Shown here piece after piece: positions 10,388 to 22,588 of a DNA stretch of 41,191 nt. The notes beneath the pieces are model-generated. The model made no database searches. It had not been told where the DNA came from and saw only the letters and a program-made list of their open reading frames with translations. Position numbers and translations under genes: made by a program. The stretch is from positions 1 to 41,191 of the forward strand of contig JAUCBJ010001268.1 of NCBI GenBank assembly GCA_032718475.1, given 5' to 3'. The stretch comes from Nemertoderma westbladi (taxonomy: Eukaryota > Animalia > Xenacoelomorpha). Within the stretch, counting starts at the first letter, position 1; every line of letters begins with the position of its first letter.

Positions 10388-11067
10388 AGGCATTCAAACG
10401 CTCCAAGAAGAAACTCGATGGCCTAAATGCAGTTTACAACAACGCTGCCATTCTTGATGAAGTCCACTTTAAGAGAATGATTGGCATTAACATCACTGGA
10501 GTTATGAATGGCACGTACATCAGCATATCCTTGATGAGCCGAAACAATAGTGGACAGGGTGGATGCATCGTTAATACAGCATCCTACTCGTCAATCGTTG
10601 AAGATAAAAACATCGTTGTTCCGGTCTTTAAAACCACAAAATCCGCTGTTGTTTCCTTCACTAAGGCCATCGTTGATTATCCCGATTTCCATGAGCACGG
10701 AATTCGTCTCAATTCGGTTTGTCCTACTCTAATCGATACGCCAGTGGTTCGGGGGCTGCTCGCTAACCTTAGCGCTATGATTGCGCCGAGCGCAGTAGCT
10801 AATCACTTGAAAGAAATATTTGGTATAAATAACCAATATTACCATCGTAAAGAAAATAATCTGATAATGACCGCGAAATATGTTGCTGAGACGTGTGTTG
10901 ACCTCCTATCCAACGAAAACATAAAATCAGGAAGAGCCTTGTATATCGACCCACACAACATCTTTATCGTCGACCTTCTTTCTAAGGCAACAGCAATTGT
11001 TGGTGATAAAGATTTCCCAAACCCAGAAGAATTAAAGGATGTTATACCAATAGGAGGAGGAGAGTGA
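10388..11067 (+). CDS. Terminal coding exon of a 15-hydroxyprostaglandin-dehydrogenase-like short-chain dehydrogenase/reductase
   Basis: Acceptor TTTTTCTATACAG ends at 10387; the frame reads AFKRSKKKLDGLNAVYNNAAI...INITGVMNGTY...MSRNNSGQGGCIVNTAS...FKTTK...GIRLNSVCPTLIDTP, colinear with HPGD-type SDRs. The TGxxxGxG exon is not seen. Confidence 0.85.
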
Positions 11068-11442
11068 ATATAAACAGTGGTAAAAACATTTTAATTATTT
11101 CCATAATATTCCTTTAGATTTTGTGAGGGAAATGGTGGAGGCCTGACTGAATATATATTTATTTTTTGATAACACTCCTCATATCGAAAATTTTAAACCG
11201 ACCCTAATTGGGACCCTTGATTGGGACCTACTGTAGGTTTCACTTCTGTCTGGTATATTGTTTATATATGTATTGTCTATGGCAATACTATTTCGCCACA
11301 CTGTATATAATATTCTTTTAACCATGGTTGGGTTGCCAACATTATAGCTATATTATATATATATATATTGCCAATATTACAGAGAGAGAACTGAACGTTT
11401 TTTTGCTTGCCAGGTTTGGATGGGAATAAATTCTCCATCCAA

Positions 11443-11520
11443 CCTGGTTGCTCAGTGGGGCTTAGAACTTTGGATTCCAGGTACCAGGTTCGAGCCACAT
11501 TAGGGTCGGTTGATTTTTTT
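11443..11520 (+). other. tRNA-like Pol III head (degenerate SINE head or tRNA pseudogene)
   Basis: A-box-like TTGCTCAGTGG (11448-11458), B-box-like GGTTCGAGCC (11487-11496), followed by a T7 run. Confidence 0.4.
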
Positions 11521-11706
11521 CAATATATCGAGATCGTTATAACATTACTAAAACTGCATCTCCTCTGCGCAACAATTTTATTTCTTATTAATATATTTTT
11601 AACAGCAGATTAATTCTCCTCAAAAGCGGACAAGCGGTTGTCTAAGAACTGAAACAGCAAATCAACATTGTGTAGTAAAATAAATTAATTTATAGATGTT
11701 CTTAAC

Positions 11707-13010
11707 CACGGAACACTGGAGGCAACCCGAGGGATCATATCGGTGTAGGTAAACACGGAACACTGGAGGCAACCCGAGGTATCCTATCGGTGTAGGTAAA
11801 CACGGAACACTGGAGGCAACCCGAGGGATCCTATCGGTGTAGGTAAACACGGAACACTGGAGGCAACCCGAGGGATCCTATCGGTGTAGGTAAACACGGA
11901 ACACTGGAGGCAACCCGAGGGATCCTATCGGTGTAGGTAAACACGGAACACTGGAGGCAACCCGAGGGATCCTATCGGTGTAGGTAAACACGGAACACTG
12001 GAGGCAACCCGAGGTATCCTATCGGTGTAGGTAAACACGGAACACTGGAGGCAACCCGAGGTATCCTATCGGTGTAGGTAAACACGGAACACTGGAGGCA
12101 ACCCGAGGGATCCTATCGGTGTAGGTAAACACGGAACACTGGAGGCAACCCGAGGGATCATATCGGTGTAGGTAAACACGGAACACTGGAGGCAACCCGA
12201 GGGATCATATCGGTGTAGGTAAACACGGAACACTGGAGGCAACCCGAGGTATCCTATCGGTGTAGGTAAACACGGAACACTGGAGGCAACCCGAGGGATC
12301 ATATCGGTGTAGGTAAACACGGAACACTGGAGGCAACCCGAGGTATCCTATCGGTGTAGGTAAACACGGAACACTGGAGGCAACCCGAGGGATCCTATCG
12401 GTGTAGGTAAACACGGAACACTGGAGGCAACCCGAGGGATCCTATCGGTGTAGGTAAACACGGAACACTGGAGGCAACCCAAGGGATCCTATCGGTGTAG
12501 GTAAACACGGAACACTGGAGGCAACCCGAGGGATCCTATTGGTGTAGGTAAACACGGAACACTGGAGGCAACCCGAGGGATCCTATCGGTGTAGGTAAAC
12601 ACGGAACACTGGAGGCAACCCAAGGGATCCTATCGGTGTAGGTAAACACGGAACAATGGAGGCAACCCGAGGGATCCTATTGGTGTAGGTAAACACGGAA
12701 CACTGGAGGCAACCCGAGGGATCATATCGGTGTAGGTAAACACGGAACACTGGAGGCAACCCGAGGTATCCTATCGGTGTAGGTAAACACGGAACACTGG
12801 AGGCAACCCGAGGGATCCTATCGGTGTAGGTAAACACGGAACACTGGAGGCAACCCGAGGGATCCTATCGGTGTAGGTAAACACGGAACACTGGAGGCAA
12901 CCTGAGGGCTCCTATCAGTAAACAAGGAACACTGGAGGCAACCCGAGGGCTCCTATCAGTAAACATGGGACACTGGAGGCAACCCGAGGGCTCCTATCGG
13001 TAAACGCGGA
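11707..13010. repeat. 47-bp satellite (AAACACGGAACACTGGAGGCAACCCGAGGGATCCTATCGGTGTAGGT)n, ~28 copies
   Basis: Period 47 (11751, 11798...); near-identical copies, the last three shortened. Confidence 0.97.
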
Positions 13011-13144
13011 ACCGCTTTTTATCACCTTCGCCATATTGCTAAATTCAAACGATATTTCTCCACTGCAGATCTACATAACATTATTCACGCATTTATTACC
13101 AATACGCCTCCTAACAATATCGACATCTATTACGTTCAGATAGC

Positions 13145-13171
13145 GGGGGGGGGGGGGGGGGGGGGGGGGGG
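13145..13171 (+). repeat. G27 homopolymer
   Basis: Directly visible. Confidence 0.9.
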
Positions 13172-13204
13172 AACTGGGCGCAATAAAAATTTAAATTGGA
13201 CGCA

Positions 13205-13276
13205 ACGTACACGTACACGTACATGTAAACGTACACGTACACGTACACGTACACGTACACGTACACGTACACGTAC
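13205..13276. repeat. Left remnant of the (ACACGT)n microsatellite
   Basis: About 12 hexamer units abutting the Copia LTR. Confidence 0.95.
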
Positions 13277-13478
13277 TGTTTAATCTAATATATTGCCCAA
13301 TACTAGGTAATAAATACAATCGTGTTTCACTTACTACATCAACTGTCAGACTTATATTTTACTACTTCAACACTTTAGTGCAGCAGTACTGCAGTACACA
13401 TACAGACATACTAACACAATAACACAACAGGTACCTACCGGTACACCTAAAAACCCCTCACCATATATTACTCTCACA
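13277..13478 (-). repeat. Copia 3' LTR (202 bp)
   Basis: TGTTTAATCT...ACTCTCACA, matches 23600-23801. Confidence 0.97.
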
Positions 13479-13579
13479 TTAGATATATTCTCTTTTCTTT
13501 TAGTTCTATATAATTTCTAACTTGAGTCTATAACTCGATCTAAAATCACTTTTTTCTTTCTTCTTCTTTTTTTTCCCAT

Positions 13580-16500
13580 TCAGTTCTCAAGTAAAGATAG
13601 CAGTTCAAATCCGGGACGCTCTTTAGTGAGCACATCAGCCAAATTATTTCTAGTGTTTATTAGGTGAAGTTGAATTCCTTCAGTTTTCATTGTTTGCCGA
13701 ATTACTGAGAGTTCTATTTTCAAGCGTTTCTCTGCGGGTTCATTAATGACAGTATTTAAATTGTCGTATAGTCCCTTGCTGTCTGTGTAGAGTTTATTAG
13801 ACTTCACCTTAATACCGATTTCACCAAGTATAGATTTAACAAATAAAGTATAATCAACACTTGATCCTGCTGCTAATAGTTCTGCTCCGAATGTCGAACG
13901 ACATACCCGCTGTATTCTATTTGAATGCCACAATAGAACATTTCTGGTGTCATCCTGATCTTGAATACCATCTCCCAAAAAACATATAAATCCAGCCTGG
14001 GAGCGTGAATCTTCTAGATTTGCAAATCCACCATCAACAAAAGTTTCTGTAATACAGTTATTTAAGTTAATCGGTCTACAGTGAATTTGAACTGGCTCTA
14101 GGCCTTTTGCTTTGCGCAACAACTTATTTGCCGCTTTAATGTGTCTGATTTTCAAGCACGTAACAGAACCAAGTAAAGCCGATACTCCATAAAGTATATC
14201 TGGCCGAGTAGAATTTCCCAACCATTGAAGTGAACCCAGAAGTGATCTATAATCATGTTCATAAGAGTAGGCGTCATCTTTTACATCTAACTTCTTGTTA
14301 AACTTAATGGGTTTAATGTTATCCAAGTAACCTGGTTGAGAATAATAAATATCAAAATGATCAATATGTTCTACTGTCTCAATATGTATTCCAGTAAAGT
14401 TAAAATTAAATTTCTTATCAGTCCCTACCACCAATACTTGTTTTAAGTTCTCTATTACATTCTGAAATTTGCTTGTCCCTCCATACAACAAATCGTCTAC
14501 ATGAATAAGCATTAAACCAGAAATAACACCTTCATAGATGTAAAAATATAATGCACTATCACATCTAGATCGTTGTAAACCCAGACTCAGTATAATTTCA
14601 TCAAGTCGATTATACCACATCCTTGGCGCATCTACAAGCCCATAGGCACATTTCAGAAGTTTCCAATAGTTATTTGTCTCAGCTTCCATTGGAGGCTTAA
14701 CATAAACGTCGCGTTGAAGTATTCCACCTTGCAAGAAAGCAGCCTTTATATCTAAAAGACAAGGTCTAAATCCTAAAGAGGGCATGATGGCCAGCATTGT
14801 TTTCAGAACATCCCGATTAGCAGTAGGAGATTCTGTTTCAGGAATATGTTTATCTATATCTTCAAACCCTCTAAGCACTAGTCTAGCTTTCTTGTAAACT
14901 TTCCCTTCATTGTCGAGTTTATCTGTAATAATCCACTTGGTCGAAATGGGTGGTGCTTTCATATCACGCTGATTAATCTCTTCATAAACATTATATGACT
15001 TCCAGTTCTCAAGTTCATTTCGTTTAGCTTCTAATTCTGTTATAAAAACCCTCTCATTTGTGATTTCTTGAATTCCTTCACTTTGATAACATTCATCAAT
15101 TCCATATCTCTTAATTTGTTGAATATTGCGCTTTGGTCTTTCTTGTGGAATGTCTTTTTCCACTTGTTCCGATTCATGAAAAATATCTTTACTTAAGAGA
15201 GAGCTTAATTGAGATTCGGTCATTTTATCAGGTTTATCATTAGATACAATTTCAAGATTTTCGTCTGTGTTGATATTACTTTCTCCATTAGCAGTTAATG
15301 TTGAATCAGATGCTGAATCTCTTGACAATTGTTGATTACCAACACTATATTCGTCTATACATTTTTTCATTATGCCACCATCTTCACTTACACGTCTCAA
15401 ATGCGTTGTATGAGCCTTGACAAGAAAACCACCATGCCTAAGAAATATAACCTGTCCATCTGATCCAATGACAGTAGCAGGTCCATGCCATCCTTTATCT
15501 CGCTTACTATCACCATCTCTCCAGTAAAAAACTTCTTCATTTTGAAAAAATGGAGACTCAGATGAATATAAACGGCACTGAAGCGCTTTTCTTAACCTTG
15601 AAGATGCTTCAGATTCAACATATGCTACTCGTGTAGAATGTATTGCATTTAGTAAATCCCTCATCAATTTGTTACCTATTCTAGCATTATCTTGATCGTC
15701 TGTTAACATTGGTGGGTTGTCTGTTAGAAACATAGGAATTCGTGGGTTTCGACCAAACACACACTGATACGGCGTAAACCCATTCACATTTGATAATGAA
15801 TTCTTTGCTAGAAGGCCATATCCTAAGAGCAGTTTTATAGAAATTGAGGGATTATCTTGTCTACATTTTGTAAGTATCTCTTTTAGTACTCCATTATGCC
15901 TTTCGCATATCCCATTAGAAAATGGAGAATAGCCAGCAGTTGTCTTAAGTTTACACCCAAATTTTTCTCCAAAAAGTTCTAAAATATTATTAACAAACTC
16001 ACCCCCATTGTCTGAAAATAACGTTTCTGGAATACCGTAGTGTGATAACCACTCAGCTGATATTGACTGAATCACTGAATTTGGGTGTTTATCATTTACA
16101 GCAGAGGCTATAGAGAAACGAGTGGCCAAATCAATAAGATGCAACAATAAATACCGATTATTTGTTATCGGGTCAATCCAGTCAGATAAATCTATAGCTA
16201 CAACTTCACCAAAGTCTTTAGCTAGTGGTAAAGACACCTTTGGCTTTGGTTTTGGTTTCTTATTATCATTGCAAACTTTACAATGAAGATTACTCAACTC
16301 TTGCAATACCTCTTTACTTTTTTCAGATTCAGTTTCATTTATTCGAGCAGATTTTATTGTTGAAGCTAACTTGGTATATGATGGGTGACCAAACTGAGAA
16401 TGAAGCTTTTCAGCAATTTGTTTTGGTGATTTGTCCATGATATTTATATATTCCTTATTATCCTGATTATTAACGCATTTATCAGATTTTTGGTTTCTTG

Positions 16501-17644
16501 ATTTTATTCCATCGATCATTTTCTGTTGATTTGTTAATGGAATACAAAAATGTCCATTAGCCGTTTGAGGAAAACACACTTGAATTCCTAGGATTGATCC
16601 ACACTTGGATGAAAAATCGATAACCAAGCCTATTTTCTCTAAGGAAGTGCGGCTTAATAACAAAGGGCACCCCCCTGTAACAACATCAGTTAATAGAATC
16701 ATAGACTTCCCAAACAAATTTACCGGTATTGCAGCACTAAACATGGCATTTTTAATTCCTCCATTGCCAAATTTGTAAACTGACTTAGAGGGTAATATTT
16801 TTGGAAAGTTTTTTTCATTCTGACAACTAACACTTGTAACATATTGTCTATACCATTGATCTCCACAGACAGTTTTGGTTGCTGCAGAGTCAATAATAGC
16901 AACATTACAATCGTCAAAAGAATTACAATCAGAACTTTCTAAGGCAAAAACTTGCTCAACAGATTCAGATAAAGTACTATCTTCCACCATCATATTAGTC
17001 TCAATATTTTTACTAATTGTTCCAGGTGACTTCTTCTTTGTACAAGAAGCCATTAAATGAAAGCGACTTCCACATAAGTAACAACGCATATGATCACCTG
17101 TTTGAATATCCCTGGGATTCATGGAAGGTTTGTAATTTCCTGTACCACCCCGGGCCATGTTCCAATTTCGCGTTGCTCCATCCATTCGCCAGTTAGAACT
17201 CATATTTGCCGCACTTTGTGGTCGTCTATCTGCAAATCGTGGACGATAAATCCCAGGTTTTCCATTCCAAGTTGCTAAAGCACACTGTACAATTTCATCT
17301 TTCTCACCAGAAGAGAGATCGTCAATAGTAAAGATCTCCTCATTATTGAGATCTTCTGTTGCTACATTTATATTATTATTATAGTGTTCATCTCGAACTA
17401 CACATTCAATGTTTTTATCAGTCAATGTACCTGTGGCCAAAGCTTCTTGATCATTAGATTGAGCAATTGAAGGTTGTCGATGATCGCTAACAATTCGACG
17501 AAGTGCATTTTCAATATTTTCTGGTGAAAGGGTTCCATGAGACTGACTTAGTGCCACTGATAAAATCAGCATCTTTTGAGTTTCTGGATAACCACAATTA
17601 TCAAGTAACATATACGCAAATGTGGTATCTGAAATTTCAATTTG
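13580..17644 (-). CDS. Copia polyprotein, 3' part (gag C-terminus, CCHC, protease, integrase, RT, RNase H)
   Basis: CYLCGSRFHLMASC; IIDSAA; HSQFGH...CKVC; VAID...SDNGGEF...NGICER; KARLVLRGF; LDIKAAFLQG; YGLVDAPRMW; HVDD; FVDGG; ADVLTK. The first ~48 aa of the ORF-track call come from the Gypsy LTR. Confidence 0.95.
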   Translation of the reverse strand, partial: QIEISDTTFAYMLLDNCGYPETQKMLILSVALSQSHGTLSPENIENALRRIVSDHRQPSIAQSNDQEALATGTLTDKNIECVVRDEHYNNNINVATEDLNNEEIFTIDDLSSGEKDEIVQCALATWNGKPGIYRPRFADRRPQSAANMSSNWRMDGATRNWNMARGGTGNYKPSMNPRDIQTGDHMRCYLCGSRFHLMASCTKKKSPGTISKNIETNMMVEDSTLSESVEQVFALESSDCNSFDDCNVAIIDSAATKTVCGDQWYRQYVTSVSCQNEKNFPKILPSKSVYKFGNGGIKNAMFSAAIPVNLFGKSMILLTDVVTGGCPLLLSRTSLEKIGLVIDFSSKCGSILGIQVCFPQTANGHFCIPLTNQQKMIDGIKSRNQKSDKCVNNQDNKEYINIMDKSPKQIAEKLHSQFGHPSYTKLASTIKSARINETESEKSKEVLQELSNLHCKVCNDNKKPKPKPKVSLPLAKDFGEVVAIDLSDWIDPITNNRYLLLHLIDLATRFSIASAVNDKHPNSVIQSISAEWLSHYGIPETLFSDNGGEFVNNILELFGEKFGCKLKTTAGYSPFSNGICERHNGVLKEILTKCRQDNPSISIKLLLGYGLLAKNSLSNVNGFTPYQCVFGRNPRIPMFLTDNPPMLTDDQDNARIGNKLMRDLLNAIHSTRVAYVESEASSRLRKALQCRLYSSESPFFQNEEVFYWRDGDSKRDKGWHGPATVIGSDGQVIFLRHGGFLVKAHTTHLRRVSEDGGIMKKCIDEYSVGNQQLSRDSASDSTLTANGESNINTDENLEIVSNDKPDKMTESQLSSLLSKDIFHESEQVEKDIPQERPKRNIQQIKRYGIDECYQSEGIQEITNERVFITELEAKRNELENWKSYNVYEEINQRDMKAPPISTKWIITDKLDNEGKVYKKARLVLRGFEDIDKHIPETESPTANRDVLKTMLAIMPSLGFRPCLLDIKAAFLQGGILQRDVYVKPPMEAETNNYWKLLKCAYGLVDAPRMWYNRLDEIILSLGLQRSRCDSALYFYIYEGVISGLMLIHVDDLLYGGTSKFQNVIENLKQVLVVGTDKKFNFNFTGIHIETVEHIDHFDIYYSQPGYLDNIKPIKFNKKLDVKDDAYSYEHDYRSLLGSLQWLGNSTRPDILYGVSALLGSVTCLKIRHIKAANKLLRKAKGLEPVQIHCRPINLNNCITETFVDGGFANLEDSRSQAGFICFLGDGIQDQDDTRNVLLWHSNRIQRVCRSTFGAELLAAGSSVDYTLFVKSILGEIGIKVKSNKLYTDSKGLYDNLNTVINEPAEKRLKIELSVIRQTMKTEGIQLHLINTRNNLADVLTKERPGFELLSLLEN

Positions 17645-17649
17645 ATATT

Positions 17650-17789
17650 TGTAATGACATACATACGTATTATTATATGGCTCGCCCCATATACATGTAG
17701 GACAGTAGTTCATGGTGATTGGATATATATACTTCTGCAATAGTTTCTGTACGTTATATCTTATTATATCGAGAACTAAGAACATCACA
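17650..17789 (+). repeat. Gypsy 5' LTR (140 bp)
   Basis: TGTAATGACA...AACATCACA, matches 22449-22588. Confidence 0.97.
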
Positions 17790-17805
17790 TGGCGCTGCGA
17801 GTAGG
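17790..17805 (+). promoter_or_regulatory. Gypsy primer-binding site, probably tRNA-Ser
   Basis: TGGCGCTGCGAGTAGG immediately after the LTR; resembles the complement of animal tRNA-Ser 3' ends. Confidence 0.75.
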
Positions 17806-17846
17806 CCTTCAGTACTGAACTTCAGACAAACTAAACTCCCAATACG

Positions 17847-20800
17847 ATGGCGGATTCCGATGCTTCTTCCGCTGAGGAACCTTGCTGGTCGGACCTCTCA
17901 CCCGCCGAGGTCGCGTCGTTGGATCGTTCAAAACTGATTCAGTATTGCGCTGATGCCAGGATCCCAACGACATCGAAAACATCCGATGCAACGCTTCGCA
18001 AGAAACTCAACGCTCGGATCGCCGATACACCCGCCCGCTTCGAGGAAACCGATGCGGCTACCGGTGGCCAACCCAGCATGGCGCAACTCCTGGAACTCAT
18101 GGCGCAGCAACAGGAAAACGCGAACCGCCGTTTGGAAGAGCAGCAACGCGAACATCGGGAAGAACAAGCGGCTGCTAATCGCCGTTTAGCGGACATTCTC
18201 GCCCACCTCGGCCGTCCGCACTTCGCCGATAATCCCGTAGGACAACCCGATCCCCCACAGGCGGCCCCCACGCGTCGCCGCACCATAGATATCGGAAATC
18301 TAGACCGCATTGATACTTCGGTCGAACTGCCCGCCTTCCGCCGTTGGCGGGACAGTTGGGACAGCAATCTCCGCCGCCAGAGCGCAGAAACATTCCCACG
18401 CAGCGAAGTAGTATACACACTCCTCACCGCCCTGGGATCAGGCCTACACGACGTTGTCCGCTACACCCTGGAACTGGATCCGGACAATGGCGAGGTGGAC
18501 GCGGCGACGATTCTCGATGGGTTGCAGCAACACCTCCGCGGTAAACGCAGCATCGCTCTCGACTGCATGCAATTCCACAGACGCCGCCAGGGCGCTACCG
18601 AAACTTTCGATGACTTCTATCGGTCATTAAAACACCTCGCCGAACTCGCAGAACTGTGCGCGGAGTGCCGGGACAACCAGATAGTCACTCAGATTCTCGT
18701 TGGGCTGTACTGTACCGAGACTCAACAAGAACTCCTGAAATTACTACCCCGACCCTCACTAGAAGAAACTCGCACTATCTGCCAGAACTGGGAGTCCAGC
18801 GCTAAAAACACCCAAGTACTAGGGAGTTCGCGCTCGGTTTCTAAAATCTCCCAATACAAACAGCGCGGCGGCCGTTCTCCAACGCGACAGGGTGCTCCGA
18901 CGCCCCCATCGACCGGTTCCCAGCATCCCTGGAGATCCTCCTCCACTGGACCGGGGAACAATCGCGCCCACACTTGCGGAAACTGTGGGCAAGTAAAGCA
19001 CTCCGACAAATCTGCATGCCCTGCCCGCGAAGTTAACTGCAGCGGCTGCGGCAAAAAGGGGCACTTCCGAAAGGTGTGCCGATCCAGCGGATCCTCAAAG
19101 AAACCCTCTTCTACAAACACGGTGCTTTACCGCGACTCAATCAACCGCTTAGAATACCGCGCGGCGGTATGCAAACTGGATTACCTCGTTGTAACCCTCA
19201 CTAACTCCACTACCGGTATTCGACTCGGCACGATAAAACGCGCTCTTCCGGACAGCGGCGCGGCAGCTACACTCCTCAACGAGAACTTGTTCCACCAACT
19301 TGGGGGAGTCGGGAGGGATCTACTACCTTCCTCCAGCATGGATCTCGTCGCGGCCGACGGACTACCGATACAAACTCGCGGTCGCCTACCCGCCGTCATT
19401 TCCTCCGGCCAAAATTCCGCTACAACGGAAATCGTTATCTCTCCGGAGACGCAGGGACTGATCCTTAGCAAATCGGTTTGCATGGATCTGGGGATACTCC
19501 CGTCAAGTTTCCCCCAGCCCGCTGCGGTTCTCCCGATTTCTTCGGCTACGGTTCGCGAGACGAAGTCGGCAACACCCACAGGCGCAGACAGTGCGCCCTC
19601 AGCCAGGGACCTCCTCAACTCATTCGGGGACGTTTTCGACGACGAAGCAACCCCCTTACCAACCATCCCTGGTACCGCGATGCATATCGAACTCAAGGAG
19701 GGTGCGACGCCTTACCATGTCAAAGGCGCTCGACCCATCGCCATCGCACTTCGCGACGAAGTAAAAACTCTTCTTGACGATCTAGAACGCCGCGATATTA
19801 TCGAGCGCGTGGAAGAACCCACCGACTGGGCCCACCCGCTTACCGTAACACGCAAGCCAAGCGGAAAACTGCGCCTCTGCGTGGACTTACGCGGCCTGAA
19901 CTCCCAAGTAAAGAGGCCATACTACCCGACACCAAACCCCCGTCTAAAAATCGCCGAAATCTCGCGGACTGCAAAGTACTTTTCAGTCTTCGACGCCGCC
20001 CATGGATACTGGCAGGTCCCCCTTGACCCTGAGTCCCAGCTGCTGACGACGTTCGTCACGCCATGGGGGCGGTATAAACACACCCGGAGTGTGATGGGCC
20101 TTATCTCTTCCGGAGATGAGTTTAACAGACGGGGCGACGCGGCGCTCGAGGGACTTCCTCGGATGATAAAGATCGTCGACGACGTCTTACTCTATGACGA
20201 CACACTAGAGGAACATCTGGTGTCCATCCACCGTTTCCTCGAACGCTGCAGGGAAAAAGGTATTTGCCTGCACCCCGGTAAAGTGCAGCTCGCCCAATCC
20301 CAGGTAAAATTCGGCGGCTACCTGGTCGGAACGGACGGCATCCACGCCGACCCCGCAAAACTCTCCGCTATAGCCTCCTTCCCTCGTCCAGAAACTCTAA
20401 CCGATCTCCGAAGTTTCATCGGGCTCGTAGAACAACTCGATCCTTTCTCCTCAGAGATATCCGAGATGCTCCTACCACTACGCCCGCTCCTATCGGTGAA
20501 ATCGCCATACATCTGGACAACCGACCACAATCGCGCATTCGACGCCGCCAAGGCGGCCTTAACTACACCCCCGGTTCTGGCCCCATTCGACGTCTTCGCC
20601 GACACTAAGCTCGTAACTGACGCTTCTCGGCTCAATGGGCTCGGCTACGCCCTTCTCCAGCGCCACGGGACAGAGTGGCGCCTTATAGAATGCAGATCTC
20701 GGTTTATAACACCCACAGAGTCTCGATACGCCACTATTGAGTTGGAACTTCTAGCGGTAGTATGGGCCATCCAAAAATGCCGCAACTTCCTCCTCGGGCT

Positions 20801-22424
20801 CCCCACCTTCTCCCTGGTCACTGACCATCAACCGCTGGTCACCATCTTAGACCGCAAATCGTTCTCGGAAGTGGAAAACGCCCGTATACAACGACTAAAA
20901 TCCAAGCTGGCGCCATACCAGTTCACTACCTCCTGGTGCAAGGGTAAATCTCACGCCATTCCCGACGCCCTGTCCCGGTCACCCGTAGACCAGCCGACAC
21001 CCGACGACCTCGTAGACGACGGAGAGACAGCGTACTGTCTCCATTCCGTCACCATCGCCACGATTTCGGCCATCTCTGGGGACGACCACCTTGCGGACCC
21101 TATTCTACAGGACCTTGCCGCTGTTGCTCGCGCTGACCCCGCCTACATGTCTCTTCACACAGCGGTCCTCGCCGGTTTTCCCCCCAGTACCCGCAGCGAT
21201 CCCGCTGTCGGTGCATACTGGGCCCTGCGAGACTCCCTCTCCACCGACGGCGACCTCATCCTCTATGGCGAGCGGCTCGTCATTCCCCTAGCGTCCCGCG
21301 CTAACACCTTGGAGCGGCTCCATACCCCTCACCAGGGTGTCGATAAGTCCCTCCGTCGGGCCCGGCAGTGCGTCTATTGGCCGGGCTTGACTAACGACGT
21401 ACGAACCTCCGTCGCCAACTGTCCTTCGTGCCTACGCCACCGCGCTACGCTACCAAAGGAACCCTTCCTTGAAGAACCCCTACCGACCCGCATATTCGAG
21501 GACATTTCGGCCGACTTCTTCCAGTTGAACGGCCGCCACTATCTCGCCCTCGTCGACAGGTATAGCGGGTGGCCAGACCTACACACCTTCTCAGGTCACC
21601 CATCAGCCCTCCCAACCATCGCCGCCCTGCGACAATGGTTTACCCGCTACGGAATCCCAACCCGTCTACGGTCGGACGGCAGTACCCCCCTGACCGCCGG
21701 CGCTACAACCACCTTCCTCAACGAGTGGGGCGTCACCCCGGTTACTTTATCCGCGGAATACCCACAGGGTAACGGACACGCGGAAGCGGCCGTGAAGGCG
21801 CTCAAAGGACTTCTAGATAAAACAGGAGGCCGTCCTGACTCACCAGCATTCGCCGAGGGTCTACTAGCCCTCCGGAATAGCCCTCGGGAGACCGGACTTT
21901 CTCCCGCGCAGGTGGTGTACGGTCACCCCCTGCGGACCCGTATTCCCGCCCATCACAGTGCTTTCGCGGCGGGTCACCAGGCCACGCGTCGCCGGCTAGA
22001 CAAAATCGCAACCCCGCTCCGCGCTGCCCAAATTGCCGACTACAACAAGTCGGCCCGCAATCTCCCACCCCTTGCTGTCCACGACCCCGTAGTCATCCAG
22101 GACCCCCACTCACATCGCTGGGACCGCAAGGGAACCGTGGTAGAGGTTGGACCCAATCGGCGATACACAGTGCGAACCCCCTCCGGCCGTACTGTGACGA
22201 GAAACCGACGCTTTCTCCTTGTCGACACCTCCAAACCACTCTCCAGTGCGGCTGAACCACCCACTTTGGGTCCGGACACCTCTACGTCCTCTAGTCCCAT
22301 GACCGCGGCGGACGTCGACCCCACCCGGTCACACAAAACTGTACATTGGGACCCCAAACTAAACCACAGCCCCCAAACTCGCCGATACCCCTCACGTCAT
22401 CGTCAACCACCTATACGGTTATAA
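17847..22424 (+). CDS. Gypsy gag-pol polyprotein (gag, two Zn knuckles, PR, RT, RNase H, IN)
   Basis: [10 protein letters not shown] and [14 protein letters not shown]; PDSGAAAT; [11 protein letters not shown]; FDAAHGYWQ; IVDDVLL; [10 protein letters not shown]; [10 protein letters not shown]; HTPH..CPSC; [21 protein letters not shown]. Confidence 0.97.
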   Translation: MADSDASSAEEPCWSDLSPAEVASLDRSKLIQYCADARIPTTSKTSDATLRKKLNARIADTPARFEETDAATGGQPSMAQLLELMAQQQENANRRLEEQQREHREEQAAANRRLADILAHLGRPHFADNPVGQPDPPQAAPTRRRTIDIGNLDRIDTSVELPAFRRWRDSWDSNLRRQSAETFPRSEVVYTLLTALGSGLHDVVRYTLELDPDNGEVDAATILDGLQQHLRGKRSIALDCMQFHRRRQGATETFDDFYRSLKHLAELAELCAECRDNQIVTQILVGLYCTETQQELLKLLPRPSLEETRTICQNWESSAKNTQVLGSSRSVSKISQYKQRGGRSPTRQGAPTPPSTGSQHPWRSSSTGPGNNRAHTCGNCGQVKHSDKSACPAREVNCSGCGKKGHFRKVCRSSGSSKKPSSTNTVLYRDSINRLEYRAAVCKLDYLVVTLTNSTTGIRLGTIKRALPDSGAAATLLNENLFHQLGGVGRDLLPSSSMDLVAADGLPIQTRGRLPAVISSGQNSATTEIVISPETQGLILSKSVCMDLGILPSSFPQPAAVLPISSATVRETKSATPTGADSAPSARDLLNSFGDVFDDEATPLPTIPGTAMHIELKEGATPYHVKGARPIAIALRDEVKTLLDDLERRDIIERVEEPTDWAHPLTVTRKPSGKLRLCVDLRGLNSQVKRPYYPTPNPRLKIAEISRTAKYFSVFDAAHGYWQVPLDPESQLLTTFVTPWGRYKHTRSVMGLISSGDEFNRRGDAALEGLPRMIKIVDDVLLYDDTLEEHLVSIHRFLERCREKGICLHPGKVQLAQSQVKFGGYLVGTDGIHADPAKLSAIASFPRPETLTDLRSFIGLVEQLDPFSSEISEMLLPLRPLLSVKSPYIWTTDHNRAFDAAKAALTTPPVLAPFDVFADTKLVTDASRLNGLGYALLQRHGTEWRLIECRSRFITPTESRYATIELELLAVVWAIQKCRNFLLGLPTFSLVTDHQPLVTILDRKSFSEVENARIQRLKSKLAPYQFTTSWCKGKSHAIPDALSRSPVDQPTPDDLVDDGETAYCLHSVTIATISAISGDDHLADPILQDLAAVARADPAYMSLHTAVLAGFPPSTRSDPAVGAYWALRDSLSTDGDLILYGERLVIPLASRANTLERLHTPHQGVDKSLRRARQCVYWPGLTNDVRTSVANCPSCLRHRATLPKEPFLEEPLPTRIFEDISADFFQLNGRHYLALVDRYSGWPDLHTFSGHPSALPTIAALRQWFTRYGIPTRLRSDGSTPLTAGATTTFLNEWGVTPVTLSAEYPQGNGHAEAAVKALKGLLDKTGGRPDSPAFAEGLLALRNSPRETGLSPAQVVYGHPLRTRIPAHHSAFAAGHQATRRRLDKIATPLRAAQIADYNKSARNLPPLAVHDPVVIQDPHSHRWDRKGTVVEVGPNRRYTVRTPSGRTVTRNRRFLLVDTSKPLSSAAEPPTLGPDTSTSSSPMTAADVDPTRSHKTVHWDPKLNHSPQTRRYPSRHRQPPIRL

Positions 22425-22439
22425 ACTCCTACGGAGCTC

Positions 22440-22448
22440 GAAGGGGGG
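22440..22448 (+). promoter_or_regulatory. Gypsy polypurine tract
   Basis: GAAGGGGGG directly before the 3' LTR. Confidence 0.85.
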
Positions 22449-22588
22449 TGTAATGACATACATACGTATTATTATATGGCTCGCCCCATATACATGTAGG
22501 ACAGTAGTTCATGGTGATTGGATATATATACTTCTGCAATAGTTTCTGTACGTTATATCTTATTATATCGAGAACTAAGAACATCACA
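22449..22588 (+). repeat. Gypsy 3' LTR (140 bp)
   Basis: Matches 17650-17789. Confidence 0.97.

Larger units (their letters stand above)
17650..22588 (+). mobile_element. Full-length Ty3/Gypsy LTR retrotransposon (Mag-like), intact
   Basis: Apparently identical 140-bp TG...CA LTRs; 5-bp TSD ATATT at 17645-17649 and 22589-22593; PBS and PPT present; single 1525-aa ORF. Confidence 0.97.

Noticed and set aside
11443-11520. Functional tRNA gene
   Set aside because: A and B boxes are present but no convincing cloverleaf could be folded; kept only as a SINE-like head.
11707-13010. CRISPR-like appearance of the 47-bp and 33-bp arrays
   Set aside because: Units are head-to-tail with no unique spacers, there are no cas genes, and the context is eukaryotic.
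13272-13276. CGTAC as independent proof of the Copia TSD
   Set aside because: Consistent with a 5-bp TSD but uninformative inside an ACACGT array; the LINE TSD cannot be defined for the same reason.
17645-17788. N-terminus of the 1402-aa ORF as called in the track
   Set aside because: It is the antisense of the Gypsy 5' LTR; the real Copia start is at 22963.
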